Assembly (NCBI GenBank): GCA_964434235.1
Contig: CAYSUN010000001.1
Location: 18,574 to 82,573, forward strand
Reading direction: 5' to 3'
Source: an uncultured Gammaproteobacteria bacterium
Lineage (GTDB): Bacteria > Patescibacteriota > Patescibacteriia > UBA11705 > JABHMO01
Length of the DNA: 64,000 nucleotides
This document shows, in pieces, positions 27,489-37,012 of the stretch (position 1 is its first letter; every line of letters begins with the position of its first letter). The position numbers and the translations under genes are program-made. Under the pieces are notes generated by a model. The model ran no database searches. It was not told the DNA's origin and was given only the letters and a program-made list of their open reading frames with translations.

Positions 27489-28655
27489 CTATTTCTTAAT
27501 TTTTTTTATAAAATAATAAAACGAACTTAAAATCGGAATATTTAGGGCAATTGTGAAAATTAATAATAGTAAGAGTATTATTAAGTCTGGGATGTTTTCG
27601 ACATTTAATTTAACCCATAGTGGTACAGTAATATTCGTTGCATAAAAAAGGTGAAGGTATGTTGGAATAAATATTACGGTAATAATAATTATTAAACTAT
27701 TTAGCTGACCTAAAAGTATTTTTGAAATATCTTTATCAACTATCGTTGATTTTAAATATTTTAGAAAATTGTTTTTATTTTTCTCAAACTTTTCCTCTAA
27801 TAAATTATAGGTTTTTTGCGAACTGTCAATTATAAAACCGATTGGTGCTAATGTTAATATAAGTAGAAAAATATTTTGTAATTTCAATTCTTGAATTAAA
27901 GAAAAATATAAACTGGTCGAGATATTGCTTATTACACCGAGTGGCTTATACAGTATTATTACAATAGAAAAAACAATGACTGAAAAGAAAATAGTTAAGA
28001 TATTACCAAGAAATGAAAATATTGATTTTTTGTTCAGCCCAAAATTTATGAAAGTATAAATACCAATAAAAATAATTGCACTGAACAAACTTAATAACAA
28101 AATATTTGAATTGTTAATTGCCATCGGTAGTGTATACGTGAAAAGTATTGTCAAAATAATGATACTACTAGCAAAAATTTTCCAACTTTTTTTATATAAC
28201 AAAACAAATAATAAAAATAATATTATTAAAATAGCTTTCAGAATAATGGGGGAGCGGTATTTACTAATTATTTGATAATTTTCAAATGAGTAATTATTTT
28301 TTGTTAAAATTAATTTGTCTCTAGTTTGAAATCGTTCAAAAACAGAATCAACTTGATTTTTATAATGGCTTACTCCAATGAGTTGATTTTTGTTTTCTCC
28401 AGATTTTATTTTGACTTCAAATTCTTGAAAAATAGCTAAGGGGTCTAAATATTCATCATATTCTTCAAAGTTTTCTGCGATAATTTCAGTTATTTCTCCA
28501 ATGAAATAAGTTTCTTTTAGTTGAGTATCATTAGCAATATTTTGCTCTTCAAGTATATTTTCAGAATCTACCGTTGTTTCTTGAGCTATGGCAACATGGC
28601 CAATAAAAAAGAATATTAACAAAATAATGATTATTTTTGAGTACTTACTTTTCAT
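27489..28655 (-). CDS. hypothetical polytopic membrane protein (signal peptide, extracytoplasmic domain, ~7 TM)
   Basis: Hydrophobicity pattern only. Confidence 0.45.
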   Translation of the reverse strand: MKSKYSKIIIILLIFFFIGHVAIAQETTVDSENILEEQNIANDTQLKETYFIGEITEIIAENFEEYDEYLDPLAIFQEFEVKIKSGENKNQLIGVSHYKNQVDSVFERFQTRDKLILTKNNYSFENYQIISKYRSPIILKAILIILFLLFVLLYKKSWKIFASSIIILTILFTYTLPMAINNSNILLLSLFSAIIFIGIYTFINFGLNKKSIFSFLGNILTIFFSVIVFSIVIILYKPLGVISNISTSLYFSLIQELKLQNIFLLILTLAPIGFIIDSSQKTYNLLEEKFEKNKNNFLKYLKSTIVDKDISKILLGQLNSLIIIITVIFIPTYLHLFYATNITVPLWVKLNVENIPDLIILLLLLIFTIALNIPILSSFYYFIKKIKK

Positions 28656-28657
28656 AA

Positions 28658-29989
28658 TTATAATAAATTTAATAATTGATTAACTTCTGTAACTTGAATA
28701 GAATTATTTTGTTTTTTAGGAATTATAATATTTTTAAATCCTAATTTTTTAGCTTCCTGAACTCTTTTTTCTAAATTGATAACCGACCGAACTTCACCAC
28801 CAAGTCCAATTTCACCTATGGCAATAGTATCTTTGCTAATGGGTTTATTTCTGAAAGCTGAAATAATAGCGAGAGCAACAGCTAGATCAATAGCTGGTTC
28901 AGTTACTTTTAATCCGCCGACAATATTTAAATGAATATCTTGATTGTTTAGATTGATATTCGCTCTTTTGAATAAAACGGCTGAAAGCATTTGCAATCTA
29001 TTTTGATCGTAGCCCGACGTTTTTCTTTGCGGATAACCAAAAATAGTTGGAGTGACCAGAGCTTGGACTTCAATCAGAAAAGCTCGAGTACCTTCCATAA
29101 AACAGGAAGTTACAGTTCCAGGTGTGATATTTGTTTCATTGGAAAGGAATGCTTTTGTTGGATCTTTTACTTCAGCTAAACCTTTGTCCGTCATTTCAAA
29201 AACCCCGATTTCATTAGTTGAGCCAAAACGATTTTTACTACTTCGAAGTAATCGGAAACCGTGTAATTTATCTCCTTCCAAGTATAAAACTGTGTCAACT
29301 AAATGTTCTAATGTTTTTGGGCCAGCCACCGAGCCATCTTTAGTAACGTGCCCAGTAATTAAAATTGGGATGTTGTTTTGTTTGGCTGTTTGCAAAAGTT
29401 TAACGGTGCAAGCTCGTATTTGGCTAACATTGCCTGATTCAGAATCAACATCTGATGAATAAACAGTTTGAATTGAGTCAATTATTGCGATGCTGGGGTT
29501 GATTGTTTTTATAGCCACGCAAACTTCTTCAATGTTTGTTTCACTTAAAAATTTTAAATTGATAGGTTTATAACCCAGTCGATCAATTCGAAGTTTTATT
29601 TGGCTGGCAGACTCTTCACCTGAAATATAAAGCAGGGGAGCGTTTTGATTTTCTAGACTTTGCAATATTTGTAGAACTAGAGTTGATTTTCCGATACCTG
29701 GTTCGCCACCGAGAAGAGTAATGCTTCCTTTGACAATTCCACCACCAAAGATTTGATCAATTTCTACTAAATTGGTTTTCATTCTTTCAAAGTGTTCAAG
29801 TTTAATGTCGTTAAAATCAGTTAATTTCCCAGAGTCAAATTGTAGTTCTTGTTTTTTTGATTTTTTGATTTTTTGATTTACTGACTCTTGAATTGTTCCC
29901 CAAGCACCACACTCAAGACAGCGTCCTGACCACTTAGGAAACTGTGCATCGCATTTTGAACAGGTGAAGATTGTTTTAATTTGAGCCAT
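28658..29989 (-). CDS. radA: DNA repair protein RadA/Sms
   Basis: N-terminal zinc finger CSKCDAQFPKWSGRCLECGAW, Walker A GGEPGIGKSTL, RadA signature KNRFG, Lon-protease-like C-terminal domain. Confidence 0.9.
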   Translation of the reverse strand: MAQIKTIFTCSKCDAQFPKWSGRCLECGAWGTIQESVNQKIKKSKKQELQFDSGKLTDFNDIKLEHFERMKTNLVEIDQIFGGGIVKGSITLLGGEPGIGKSTLVLQILQSLENQNAPLLYISGEESASQIKLRIDRLGYKPINLKFLSETNIEEVCVAIKTINPSIAIIDSIQTVYSSDVDSESGNVSQIRACTVKLLQTAKQNNIPILITGHVTKDGSVAGPKTLEHLVDTVLYLEGDKLHGFRLLRSSKNRFGSTNEIGVFEMTDKGLAEVKDPTKAFLSNETNITPGTVTSCFMEGTRAFLIEVQALVTPTIFGYPQRKTSGYDQNRLQMLSAVLFKRANINLNNQDIHLNIVGGLKVTEPAIDLAVALAIISAFRNKPISKDTIAIGEIGLGGEVRSVINLEKRVQEAKKLGFKNIIIPKKQNNSIQVTEVNQLLNLL

Positions 29990-30003
29990 TTTATTAAATA
30001 AAA

Positions 30004-31377
30004 TTATTTAATGGTAATTGGACAAGTCCCTGCACCAGGCACAGCTTGAAATAATTTCTCAGCATGGTATTTGTCAATTATTCTTTGTTTTCCAGCTTTT
30101 CGAACTGAAACAGCTTTACCAGCCCCAAACATTTCACCACCAATCGCAGCTTCTTCTAGATTTTTATAATTACCACCAGTCCATTTGCTATTTTGATAAC
30201 CGCCATCACCAGCAGTACATTCTGACTTACCTTTATCAAAAGCATTTTCTTTGCAACGTTTGACAATTAATTGTTTCCAAGATTCAGTTAGTCCTTTTTC
30301 AATATTTGTACCACCATTACAACCTCCAAGTTTAAGTGTGTTACCAAGACTGGCCGTTCCACTGTTGTGATAAAGATAAAGTAAAGTGGCAATATCAGAA
30401 TCACTTAATTTACTAAGATCGCCTTTACAAATAGTATTAATCTTTTTTATGGCGAGCATAGTCATGCCAGTTACACCCATTACCTGAACTTTATCTAAAA
30501 TAAGGCGTGAATCATTTTTTAGTATAGGACTAGTTGATACCCCGATTTGGTTTAAGTAATAGGCAGTATCTGCCCCGCCTGTCCAGCCTTTCATTGACGC
30601 TGTCCAAGTGTCATATTTGAATTGGTACAAACCTTTGAAACAAGCACAATTTACTAATCCAGGTCTAAAGCCAGATTCATGTTCACACATTCCCACTAGA
30701 ATATTATAATTGAAGTTACCGCAAGCAGCAAAGTCTTTCATGAGTTGAACTAGTGAGTTTTTGTCTGGATGAGGATCACTATTTGTTGGCACACCGCAGT
30801 ATTCAAGAACTGAGTTTTTAGGGGCAGGACATTTACCACCTGATCCACCACTTATCCAGCCTTCTCCATCTGCTTTTTCCGCATAAACTGGATCTATGTT
30901 AAAATCCAGTGGAATGTTTTCAATTAAAGTGGTTTTTAGATTGGTTAAATTTGGATTAATTGTGTTCAAAATAATGTTTGTAATTAATAAAATTACTAAA
31001 CCTAATAAAGCGCTGGTCATCATTGATTTTGATTTTTGTATACCTGCTGGATAAGCACCAGCTAAAACATAAAAAAGTCCACCAATCATAAAGACAAGAG
31101 TCGCCACAATAGAGCCCAAAATTATACCATAATTGTAAATACCAACTAGATATTCAACAATCCAAGGTGATGAAGAAAATTTTCCTCCTTCAACCATAAC
31201 TTTTGATAAAGATGGCATGTTGGGAATTGGAATGCTGATTTTAGGTTGAATGGCTTCTTTTGCTTTACTTTCTGATGTGGTTGTTGCGCTTTGTGCAGAA
31301 ACAGAAGGAACCAAACAAATGCTAACGAGAAGACAGGTTAGGCTAAATAAGAATAAAATTTTAGTTTTATTTCTCAT
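30004..31377 (-). CDS. secreted/membrane-anchored protein with lytic-transglycosylase (SLT)-like domain; N-terminal signal plus two-helix module shared with the next gene
   Basis: SLT-like motif GMCEHESGFRPGLVNCACFKGLYQFKYDTW (ES..GLMQ-type); N-terminus is signal peptide + WIVEYLVGIYNYGIILGSIVATLVFMIGGLFYVLAG + ..ALLGLVILLITNIILNTINPNL. Confidence 0.5.
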   Translation of the reverse strand: MRNKTKILFLFSLTCLLVSICLVPSVSAQSATTTSESKAKEAIQPKISIPIPNMPSLSKVMVEGGKFSSSPWIVEYLVGIYNYGIILGSIVATLVFMIGGLFYVLAGAYPAGIQKSKSMMTSALLGLVILLITNIILNTINPNLTNLKTTLIENIPLDFNIDPVYAEKADGEGWISGGSGGKCPAPKNSVLEYCGVPTNSDPHPDKNSLVQLMKDFAACGNFNYNILVGMCEHESGFRPGLVNCACFKGLYQFKYDTWTASMKGWTGGADTAYYLNQIGVSTSPILKNDSRLILDKVQVMGVTGMTMLAIKKINTICKGDLSKLSDSDIATLLYLYHNSGTASLGNTLKLGGCNGGTNIEKGLTESWKQLIVKRCKENAFDKGKSECTAGDGGYQNSKWTGGNYKNLEEAAIGGEMFGAGKAVSVRKAGKQRIIDKYHAEKLFQAVPGAGTCPITIK

Positions 31378-31418
31378 GTGTTCTGATAATAATAAAATTT
31401 ATAAACTTTGTTTTTGAA

Positions 31419-33770
31419 CTATTTTGCAATATAACCTTTGTTGGTTTTGTACCAGTTAGATGTTCCAGCTCCACACTGTTTTAAATCTACAACGCCAGTA
31501 ATTGCTTCAGATGGGGTAAGTGCTTTTTCACACGTTCCACCAGGTGTGAATGTTCCCTTCAGATTTACGCAGGTTTCAGGACTTGTTTTTATGCCGTTTT
31601 CGGGATTTGTCAATCCTAGGGAATAAGCAATTAAATCGCTTTTGCAACAACCAGATTCGCCTGCATCTAAATTATCTTCGGGGAAAAACACAATGTTTGC
31701 AACTGTTCCTGATCCTCCGCCATGGACACATTGATTTGTTGATCCTGCATTTGATGAAATTGGATTTAAGTTTTCGATGGTGCCATTTCCATTACTAACA
31801 CATTTACTCATTAAATCATTTTGCTTATATGTGTCTTTGTTGGCTTTAGGACAACCTGTTGCAGCACATTCTGATGACCAGCCTGTGTTTGATTCAACTA
31901 TTTTTCCTTCGCCTAGTGAAATAAATACATGTTGAAGTGTGCCACCGTTACATCGGAACATTGCTCCGGCCGGAAGTAGACTTGGATATTTTGATGCAGC
32001 CCCACCACCAACAATAAGAGCTTTCCATCTTAAGTCAGTTAGTTGAGGTCCTAAGGCTCCAATACAAGTAGCGCCTGGTAGTTTGCAACCAGAGTTTTTT
32101 AAAATTCTTGAAGATATTTTAGCACAACTATTTGGCGCTGTGAGGAAGTCTTTTGCATTAGCCCAAGCAGTACCAACATTTTTTATGTCAGTTGAAGTGC
32201 ATTTCAAAAGTGAATTGTAGCAACCTGTACCACTATTGAATTTAGAGTAATCTGGAAATTTGGATGCATCCGCTTCTGGACATTCCCCAGTTGAAGGATC
32301 AAAGTTGGGTGGGTTGTAAGCGCTATCATCTGCCGTTGTTAAATTAGCTGCTATTCCATATTCACCTGGTTTATAAAAATAGGTAGAATCTGCTATTCCG
32401 CAATCATCCCAGATGTCTTGAGCAGAGGCTGTTTTTAGACCTCGGTGAACTGGATCATTTATACCATATACTCCTCCAGAATAACTGGTTAAAACTATGT
32501 AATGACCATTTTTAGTGAATTTGCACTTTGGATGATCTCTTCCAATTGACCTAATTATAACTGGAATTCCTTTTGAAAGTAATTCAATAAGTTTTGGGTC
32601 ATCTTTTGGTCTGTTCCAAACAGATTCTGATTTTAGTCCGTTTGCAGTAGCCAATTCTGCCATCCCTTTGTCATCAAAACCACAACAAGTCTGAGCTTTG
32701 CTTCCAGAAACAGAGCCAGCTGGTGCGCGGATGCCATTTAGCTGTATCCATTTAGCAACGTCAGGTGGAGTAACACTAATTCCATAATAGTTCAAAACCA
32801 TTGCAGATGAAGTTAGTCCACAGCCAGAAGATTGAATCACGTTAGTGTTGGGAGTGCCACCAGTGCTATTTGTCATTTTTGAATTTTTACAAAATTCTAC
32901 AAAATTATTTGCGCCCCATGGGTTTTTACTACACCACGCTGAATCTTTGACATTTGGATTGTTACAAAGTTCAGAAACTTTGTAAGTCTTTTCTAGCCAT
33001 TCACAGTAATTTACATCAGTTTTAGGATATTTGTCATTTTTAAATTTACAAGAAAAAATACCAAATTGAGGTGGGTTAGAAATGCCTGGCATTTCCATTT
33101 TGTAACCCGCAGTACCACAGGCGACCGCATATTTACCTAGGCCAGGAACTTCAACCTTACCATTTTGATAACTGCAATTATTGCCAGTTAGAGGATAACA
33201 TGCCCATTGTATGTCAGTCTGAGCATAGTAAACAACTTTTCCTGTGCCAGTTGGGGTGTTTGTTACTGGAGTATTTGCAAATTCACTTTCATTGATTACT
33301 CCATCTGAGACAGATTCAATTAGCGTTGTTTTTAGATTTACTAGATTGGGGTTTATTGTATTCAAAATAATGTTTGTGCACATGAGAATAACCAGACCGA
33401 TTAAAGCACCAGATATCATTGATTTAGCTTTTTGTATTCCTGATGGATTTGCGCCTGCCAGAACATATAATAATCCACCAATCATCAAAATCAGTGTAGC
33501 CACGATTCCTCCAAAAATTATTCCATAGTTATAAATTGCAACTAAATAATCAACGATCCAATTGGTTACATATGTTTGACCAGGAGTGAATTTAATGCTA
33601 TCCCAGGCATCTAGACCAGGAATTTCTACACGAACTTTCGGAGCTGGTAGTTCAACTTCTTCCTGCACTTTTTGACTGTATGTGAGATGAAGAGGTATTA
33701 AAATGAAAACAAAAATAATAATTGTTGAAAGAATGATTTTTTTATAATATTTTTTTTTTGTTTTTGTCAT
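31419..33770 (-). CDS. large Cys-rich secreted protein with peptidase-C39-like (papain-fold) domain; shares N-terminal two-helix module with 30004-31377
   Basis: SSGCGLTSSAMVLNYYG resembles the C39/C39_2 catalytic-Cys motif; the N-terminal ~110 aa are paralogous to the downstream gene. Confidence 0.5.
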   Translation of the reverse strand: MTKTKKKYYKKIILSTIIIFVFILIPLHLTYSQKVQEEVELPAPKVRVEIPGLDAWDSIKFTPGQTYVTNWIVDYLVAIYNYGIIFGGIVATLILMIGGLLYVLAGANPSGIQKAKSMISGALIGLVILMCTNIILNTINPNLVNLKTTLIESVSDGVINESEFANTPVTNTPTGTGKVVYYAQTDIQWACYPLTGNNCSYQNGKVEVPGLGKYAVACGTAGYKMEMPGISNPPQFGIFSCKFKNDKYPKTDVNYCEWLEKTYKVSELCNNPNVKDSAWCSKNPWGANNFVEFCKNSKMTNSTGGTPNTNVIQSSGCGLTSSAMVLNYYGISVTPPDVAKWIQLNGIRAPAGSVSGSKAQTCCGFDDKGMAELATANGLKSESVWNRPKDDPKLIELLSKGIPVIIRSIGRDHPKCKFTKNGHYIVLTSYSGGVYGINDPVHRGLKTASAQDIWDDCGIADSTYFYKPGEYGIAANLTTADDSAYNPPNFDPSTGECPEADASKFPDYSKFNSGTGCYNSLLKCTSTDIKNVGTAWANAKDFLTAPNSCAKISSRILKNSGCKLPGATCIGALGPQLTDLRWKALIVGGGAASKYPSLLPAGAMFRCNGGTLQHVFISLGEGKIVESNTGWSSECAATGCPKANKDTYKQNDLMSKCVSNGNGTIENLNPISSNAGSTNQCVHGGGSGTVANIVFFPEDNLDAGESGCCKSDLIAYSLGLTNPENGIKTSPETCVNLKGTFTPGGTCEKALTPSEAITGVVDLKQCGAGTSNWYKTNKGYIAK

Positions 33771-33782
33771 TTTTGTTTTAAA

Positions 33783-35072
33783 TTATTTTAGGTTTATCAA
33801 ATGTAACCCTTGTGTTGTTTTGTCAGTGTAATACAATTTTGAACCATCTTTTGAAACTTGCATTTGTTCAATTGAATATCCAACCTCTGGTTCAGCAACA
33901 AAACTTTTAACACCTGTTTGTAAATTTATTTTGTATATATAATCAGGAATGTCATCAGCTAAAGCAGGAACTAACCCAGCGCCATAAGGTAGTTCTTTTG
34001 GTACTGCACAGTACATTTCAGTGTTTGAAGAAAAAGTACATTTGTCAGCCCAAGTGTTCAGTTTTAGACTGTAATTGTTTTGACCAATATTATTTCCTGA
34101 AGCATCCACTACATATAAAAGTGGCTTGTGATCAGAAAATTGATTTTGAACACTATAAACTAATTTGTTTCCATCTGGAGACCATTCTATTTGTGGGTCA
34201 TAACCATTAAGGTTTATTGATTTGAAATTTTCTTCATATTGACCCAAGAAAAATAGTTCACTTGTCGAAGCAGATTTGGCAGTTTTGTAACTAGCAATTA
34301 TTTTGTTATTTGGTGACCATTCAGTAATAAAATTATTTGCTTCATCACCCATGTATTCAATGTATTTTTGATTTGAACCATCAGCATTAGCCGTTCCTAA
34401 GAATTTATATTCTGGATTTGGGTTATCATCTTTAAAAACAATTTGACTGCCAGTATTATTAAAACCAAAGTCAGTCCAATCTTTTGGTAAACTTATTTGT
34501 TTGTCGTTTTCAAAGTTGTACAGAATATTTGAGCCATCGGGAAATTCCAAAATTGCTTTTTCTGAGTTTGGTGCCCATGTTATATTCTCAACATTTTTAT
34601 AAGTTCTATTTGAGTATAATTCATGATCTCCATAAAATGTTATTTTTTGAAAAAGTCCAGTGTTCTTATTGTAAACTATAGTGTCATTTCCATCAGGAGT
34701 TAATGCTAGACTATCAACAGTTTGAAGACTTAAATTTGTTATGGCAGTAATACCCCCTTTCGCATATGAGTCAGCAGTTGTTTCGTAATCAATTTCTGGA
34801 GTTATTTTAATAACAGCGTTAAAATCACTTTCCTCCGCGACTTCAGCTTGTGGAACTTCAGATTCTCCTGGAGTGAAAATTCCAGGTTGCTCACCTTGAT
34901 TAGCTCCTTCTAATTGTTTGATATCAATCTCTGTTTTTTCACCAACTTCTTCATCAATGACGATTGATTTGAAAAATAATTGGTAAATACCTAGTCCAAT
35001 TAAAATACACAAAAGAATAAACGCAAATATTAAAGCAATCTTTTTCCAGTCAAAGTTTTGTAAATTGAACAT
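33783..35072 (-). CDS. membrane-anchored beta-propeller protein (TolB/PD40-like repeats)
   Basis: N-terminal TM; repeated W/SP(D/N)G(N/S)K(I/L)(V/A)(Y/F) motifs (TPDGNDTIVYN, APNSEKAILEF, WSPNNKIIASY, WSPDGNKLVYS, SKDGSKLYYT). Confidence 0.55.
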   Translation of the reverse strand: MFNLQNFDWKKIALIFAFILLCILIGLGIYQLFFKSIVIDEEVGEKTEIDIKQLEGANQGEQPGIFTPGESEVPQAEVAEESDFNAVIKITPEIDYETTADSYAKGGITAITNLSLQTVDSLALTPDGNDTIVYNKNTGLFQKITFYGDHELYSNRTYKNVENITWAPNSEKAILEFPDGSNILYNFENDKQISLPKDWTDFGFNNTGSQIVFKDDNPNPEYKFLGTANADGSNQKYIEYMGDEANNFITEWSPNNKIIASYKTAKSASTSELFFLGQYEENFKSINLNGYDPQIEWSPDGNKLVYSVQNQFSDHKPLLYVVDASGNNIGQNNYSLKLNTWADKCTFSSNTEMYCAVPKELPYGAGLVPALADDIPDYIYKINLQTGVKSFVAEPEVGYSIEQMQVSKDGSKLYYTDKTTQGLHLINLK

Positions 35073-35096
35073 AATTTTATCTTTATTTTATGAATT

Positions 35097-36680
35097 TTAG
35101 AATAAACCTGAAATGTCGCCACTTAAAGCTTCTGCTAAAACTACTCCAGCTAAAACTGCAGCCACAATAATAATTATTACAGGTAGAATTGGACCGACAC
35201 AAAATGCACAAGTAGAGCAACACATTCGGCAACCTTTGATTATTTTTATAATAACTTTAAATACTTTTCCTATTTTGCCACCAAATTTAGTAAACCACTG
35301 GGCAATACTACAACTAAATTTAAATTGTTTAGTTGGTAAACAACTGTTGAATTTTTTCATTGGATTCATTCTATCTATACAATCAGTAGCGTTTTTTCTG
35401 GCCATTGCTTTCATTTTATTGGCTTTTTGATTTGCCATTTCTTTGGCTTTTTGTTTAACGAGGTCAGCATTTTCCTTCATTGATCTTTGTCTTATGGCGT
35501 TTAACTGTAGTTGCATCTGTTTTGCCTTTTGTTGCATGGCTTTGGCTTGGGCAATCGGGGATTGTCTTTGGTTTGACTCGTTTTTGTTTTCTGATCCGCT
35601 TGGTTTGTCTTCTGGGGAAGGTGGTTCATCTTGATTTTCGCTGTAGGGCGTAGTGCCCTCTTTTTCGGATTGTTTTTGTTTGCGAAAATCTTGTAAACTT
35701 TGATTTTGATCTTGTTGTCTTTTCTGATCAATGGCCCGTTGTCTATCAAGTTGTCTTTTTATAGATCTTTCATGATCAGCATCACCAGTTGTTCTACCGC
35801 CAAGTGGTTCAGCATACCTAGGTTTTGCTGGTGGAGTAGGTTGTTGTTGCTGTTGTTGTTCAGAAGCTCTTTGCTGATTTACCGGGGGTGCAGAAAGATC
35901 TGGGATGTTGCCGTCAGCCATTTGAGTGGCAGCTTGATTTTGTTTGTTTTTTTCTTGATCTGAAAATTCGCCTTCAGGATTTGTTGAGGTGGATTCTGGT
36001 TCTGTTGGGTTATTGGTTTCCTGTTTTTTTGCTTCTTCATCCCCATTCTTTCCATCTTCAGATTTTAAATTGTCAGATTCTGGGTTGTCATTTTTTGGTT
36101 CTTCTGTTTGATTGTTGTTGTCAGGTTTTCTATTGTCAACAAAAGCTGGACTTGGATTACTGGCGTCGTTGTTATTATTCTTGCTATCGTCGCCGTTACC
36201 TTCTTCATCTTCTTTACTGTCGTCGTCATCATTCTGATTTTTTGAAGTTTTTTTCTTGGCTTCGGCAAGCGCTTGGCCATCAGCTGTTTTTTTGCCTCCA
36301 GCGGTTGGCTTACCAGATTCTTGTCCTGGTATTTCGGGTTTCTTTTTTTTGGTTTTTTTCTTTTTCCTAGTATTTTCGTTACTGCTTGTAGTAGTTCGAT
36401 TGTCTTGGTTCATTAAACCATTTTCAGCAGGATCTTTAGTCTCAATTTTTTGCCTTGATGATTGGGTTTGTGGAGTTAGATTTATTTCGATCTCTTTTTC
36501 TTCAGGTTCAATTTTACTGGTTATTGAGATTTCTTCTTGTTCTTCAGTTGGCGGGTTAGATTGATTATTTGATTTATTCGGAGTAATTGTTTGATTATCT
36601 AAAACAATATTAGCATTACTCGGTAATGATTTTAGCTCTATACTTTCATTTTTATCCTTTGTTTTATTATCGTCTGCCAT
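35097..36680 (-). CDS. highly disordered, charged (K/E/D/N/Q/P-rich) protein with Cys-rich C-terminal tail anchor
   Basis: ~480 aa of low-complexity charged sequence (poly-Q, KKKKTKKKK, NNNN runs), then CRMCCSTCAFCVGPILPVIIIIVAAVLAGVVLAEAL at the C-terminus. Confidence 0.6.
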   Translation of the reverse strand: MADDNKTKDKNESIELKSLPSNANIVLDNQTITPNKSNNQSNPPTEEQEEISITSKIEPEEKEIEINLTPQTQSSRQKIETKDPAENGLMNQDNRTTTSSNENTRKKKKTKKKKPEIPGQESGKPTAGGKKTADGQALAEAKKKTSKNQNDDDDSKEDEEGNGDDSKNNNNDASNPSPAFVDNRKPDNNNQTEEPKNDNPESDNLKSEDGKNGDEEAKKQETNNPTEPESTSTNPEGEFSDQEKNKQNQAATQMADGNIPDLSAPPVNQQRASEQQQQQQPTPPAKPRYAEPLGGRTTGDADHERSIKRQLDRQRAIDQKRQQDQNQSLQDFRKQKQSEKEGTTPYSENQDEPPSPEDKPSGSENKNESNQRQSPIAQAKAMQQKAKQMQLQLNAIRQRSMKENADLVKQKAKEMANQKANKMKAMARKNATDCIDRMNPMKKFNSCLPTKQFKFSCSIAQWFTKFGGKIGKVFKVIIKIIKGCRMCCSTCAFCVGPILPVIIIIVAAVLAGVVLAEALSGDISGLF

Positions 36681-36699
36681 TTGAGAAATTTTGATAGAT

Positions 36700-37012
36700 T
36701 AGATCGAAATTACATGAAAAATATTAATATCTAAAATTAACAGATATTATTTTGAAATACGGTCTTTGTTTTTGTATTTTCTGTTAATATTGTATAATAA
36801 TTATACTTTAGCGTCAAAAGCAAAAGTGGGTAAATACACAAGAAATCAAAAAACCAAGAAAACAAGAAAGCAAGAAAGTATGAAAGCAAATACTTAGCCT
36901 TTGTAAAGTATCTTAAGCTACCCTTTGTTTCTTAGTTTCTTATTTCTTTATTTCTTTATTTCTTTTTAACTCACTATTCATTACTTATTTACTTAACACT
37001 TAACTTAACTCT
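36700..37012. repeat. divergent promoter region rich in CAAGAAA/TTTCTTG and TACTTAACACTTAAC word repeats
   Basis: Same repeat vocabulary as the 9.3-10.0 kb block. Confidence 0.6.

Noticed and set aside
35113-36564. Plus-strand ORFs (35113-35430, 35443-35634, 35700-35963, 35888-36370, 36256-36564) and minus ORFs 35501-35749, 36065-36280
   Set aside because: All nested in the long disordered-protein gene on the minus strand; repetitive codons keep alternative frames open
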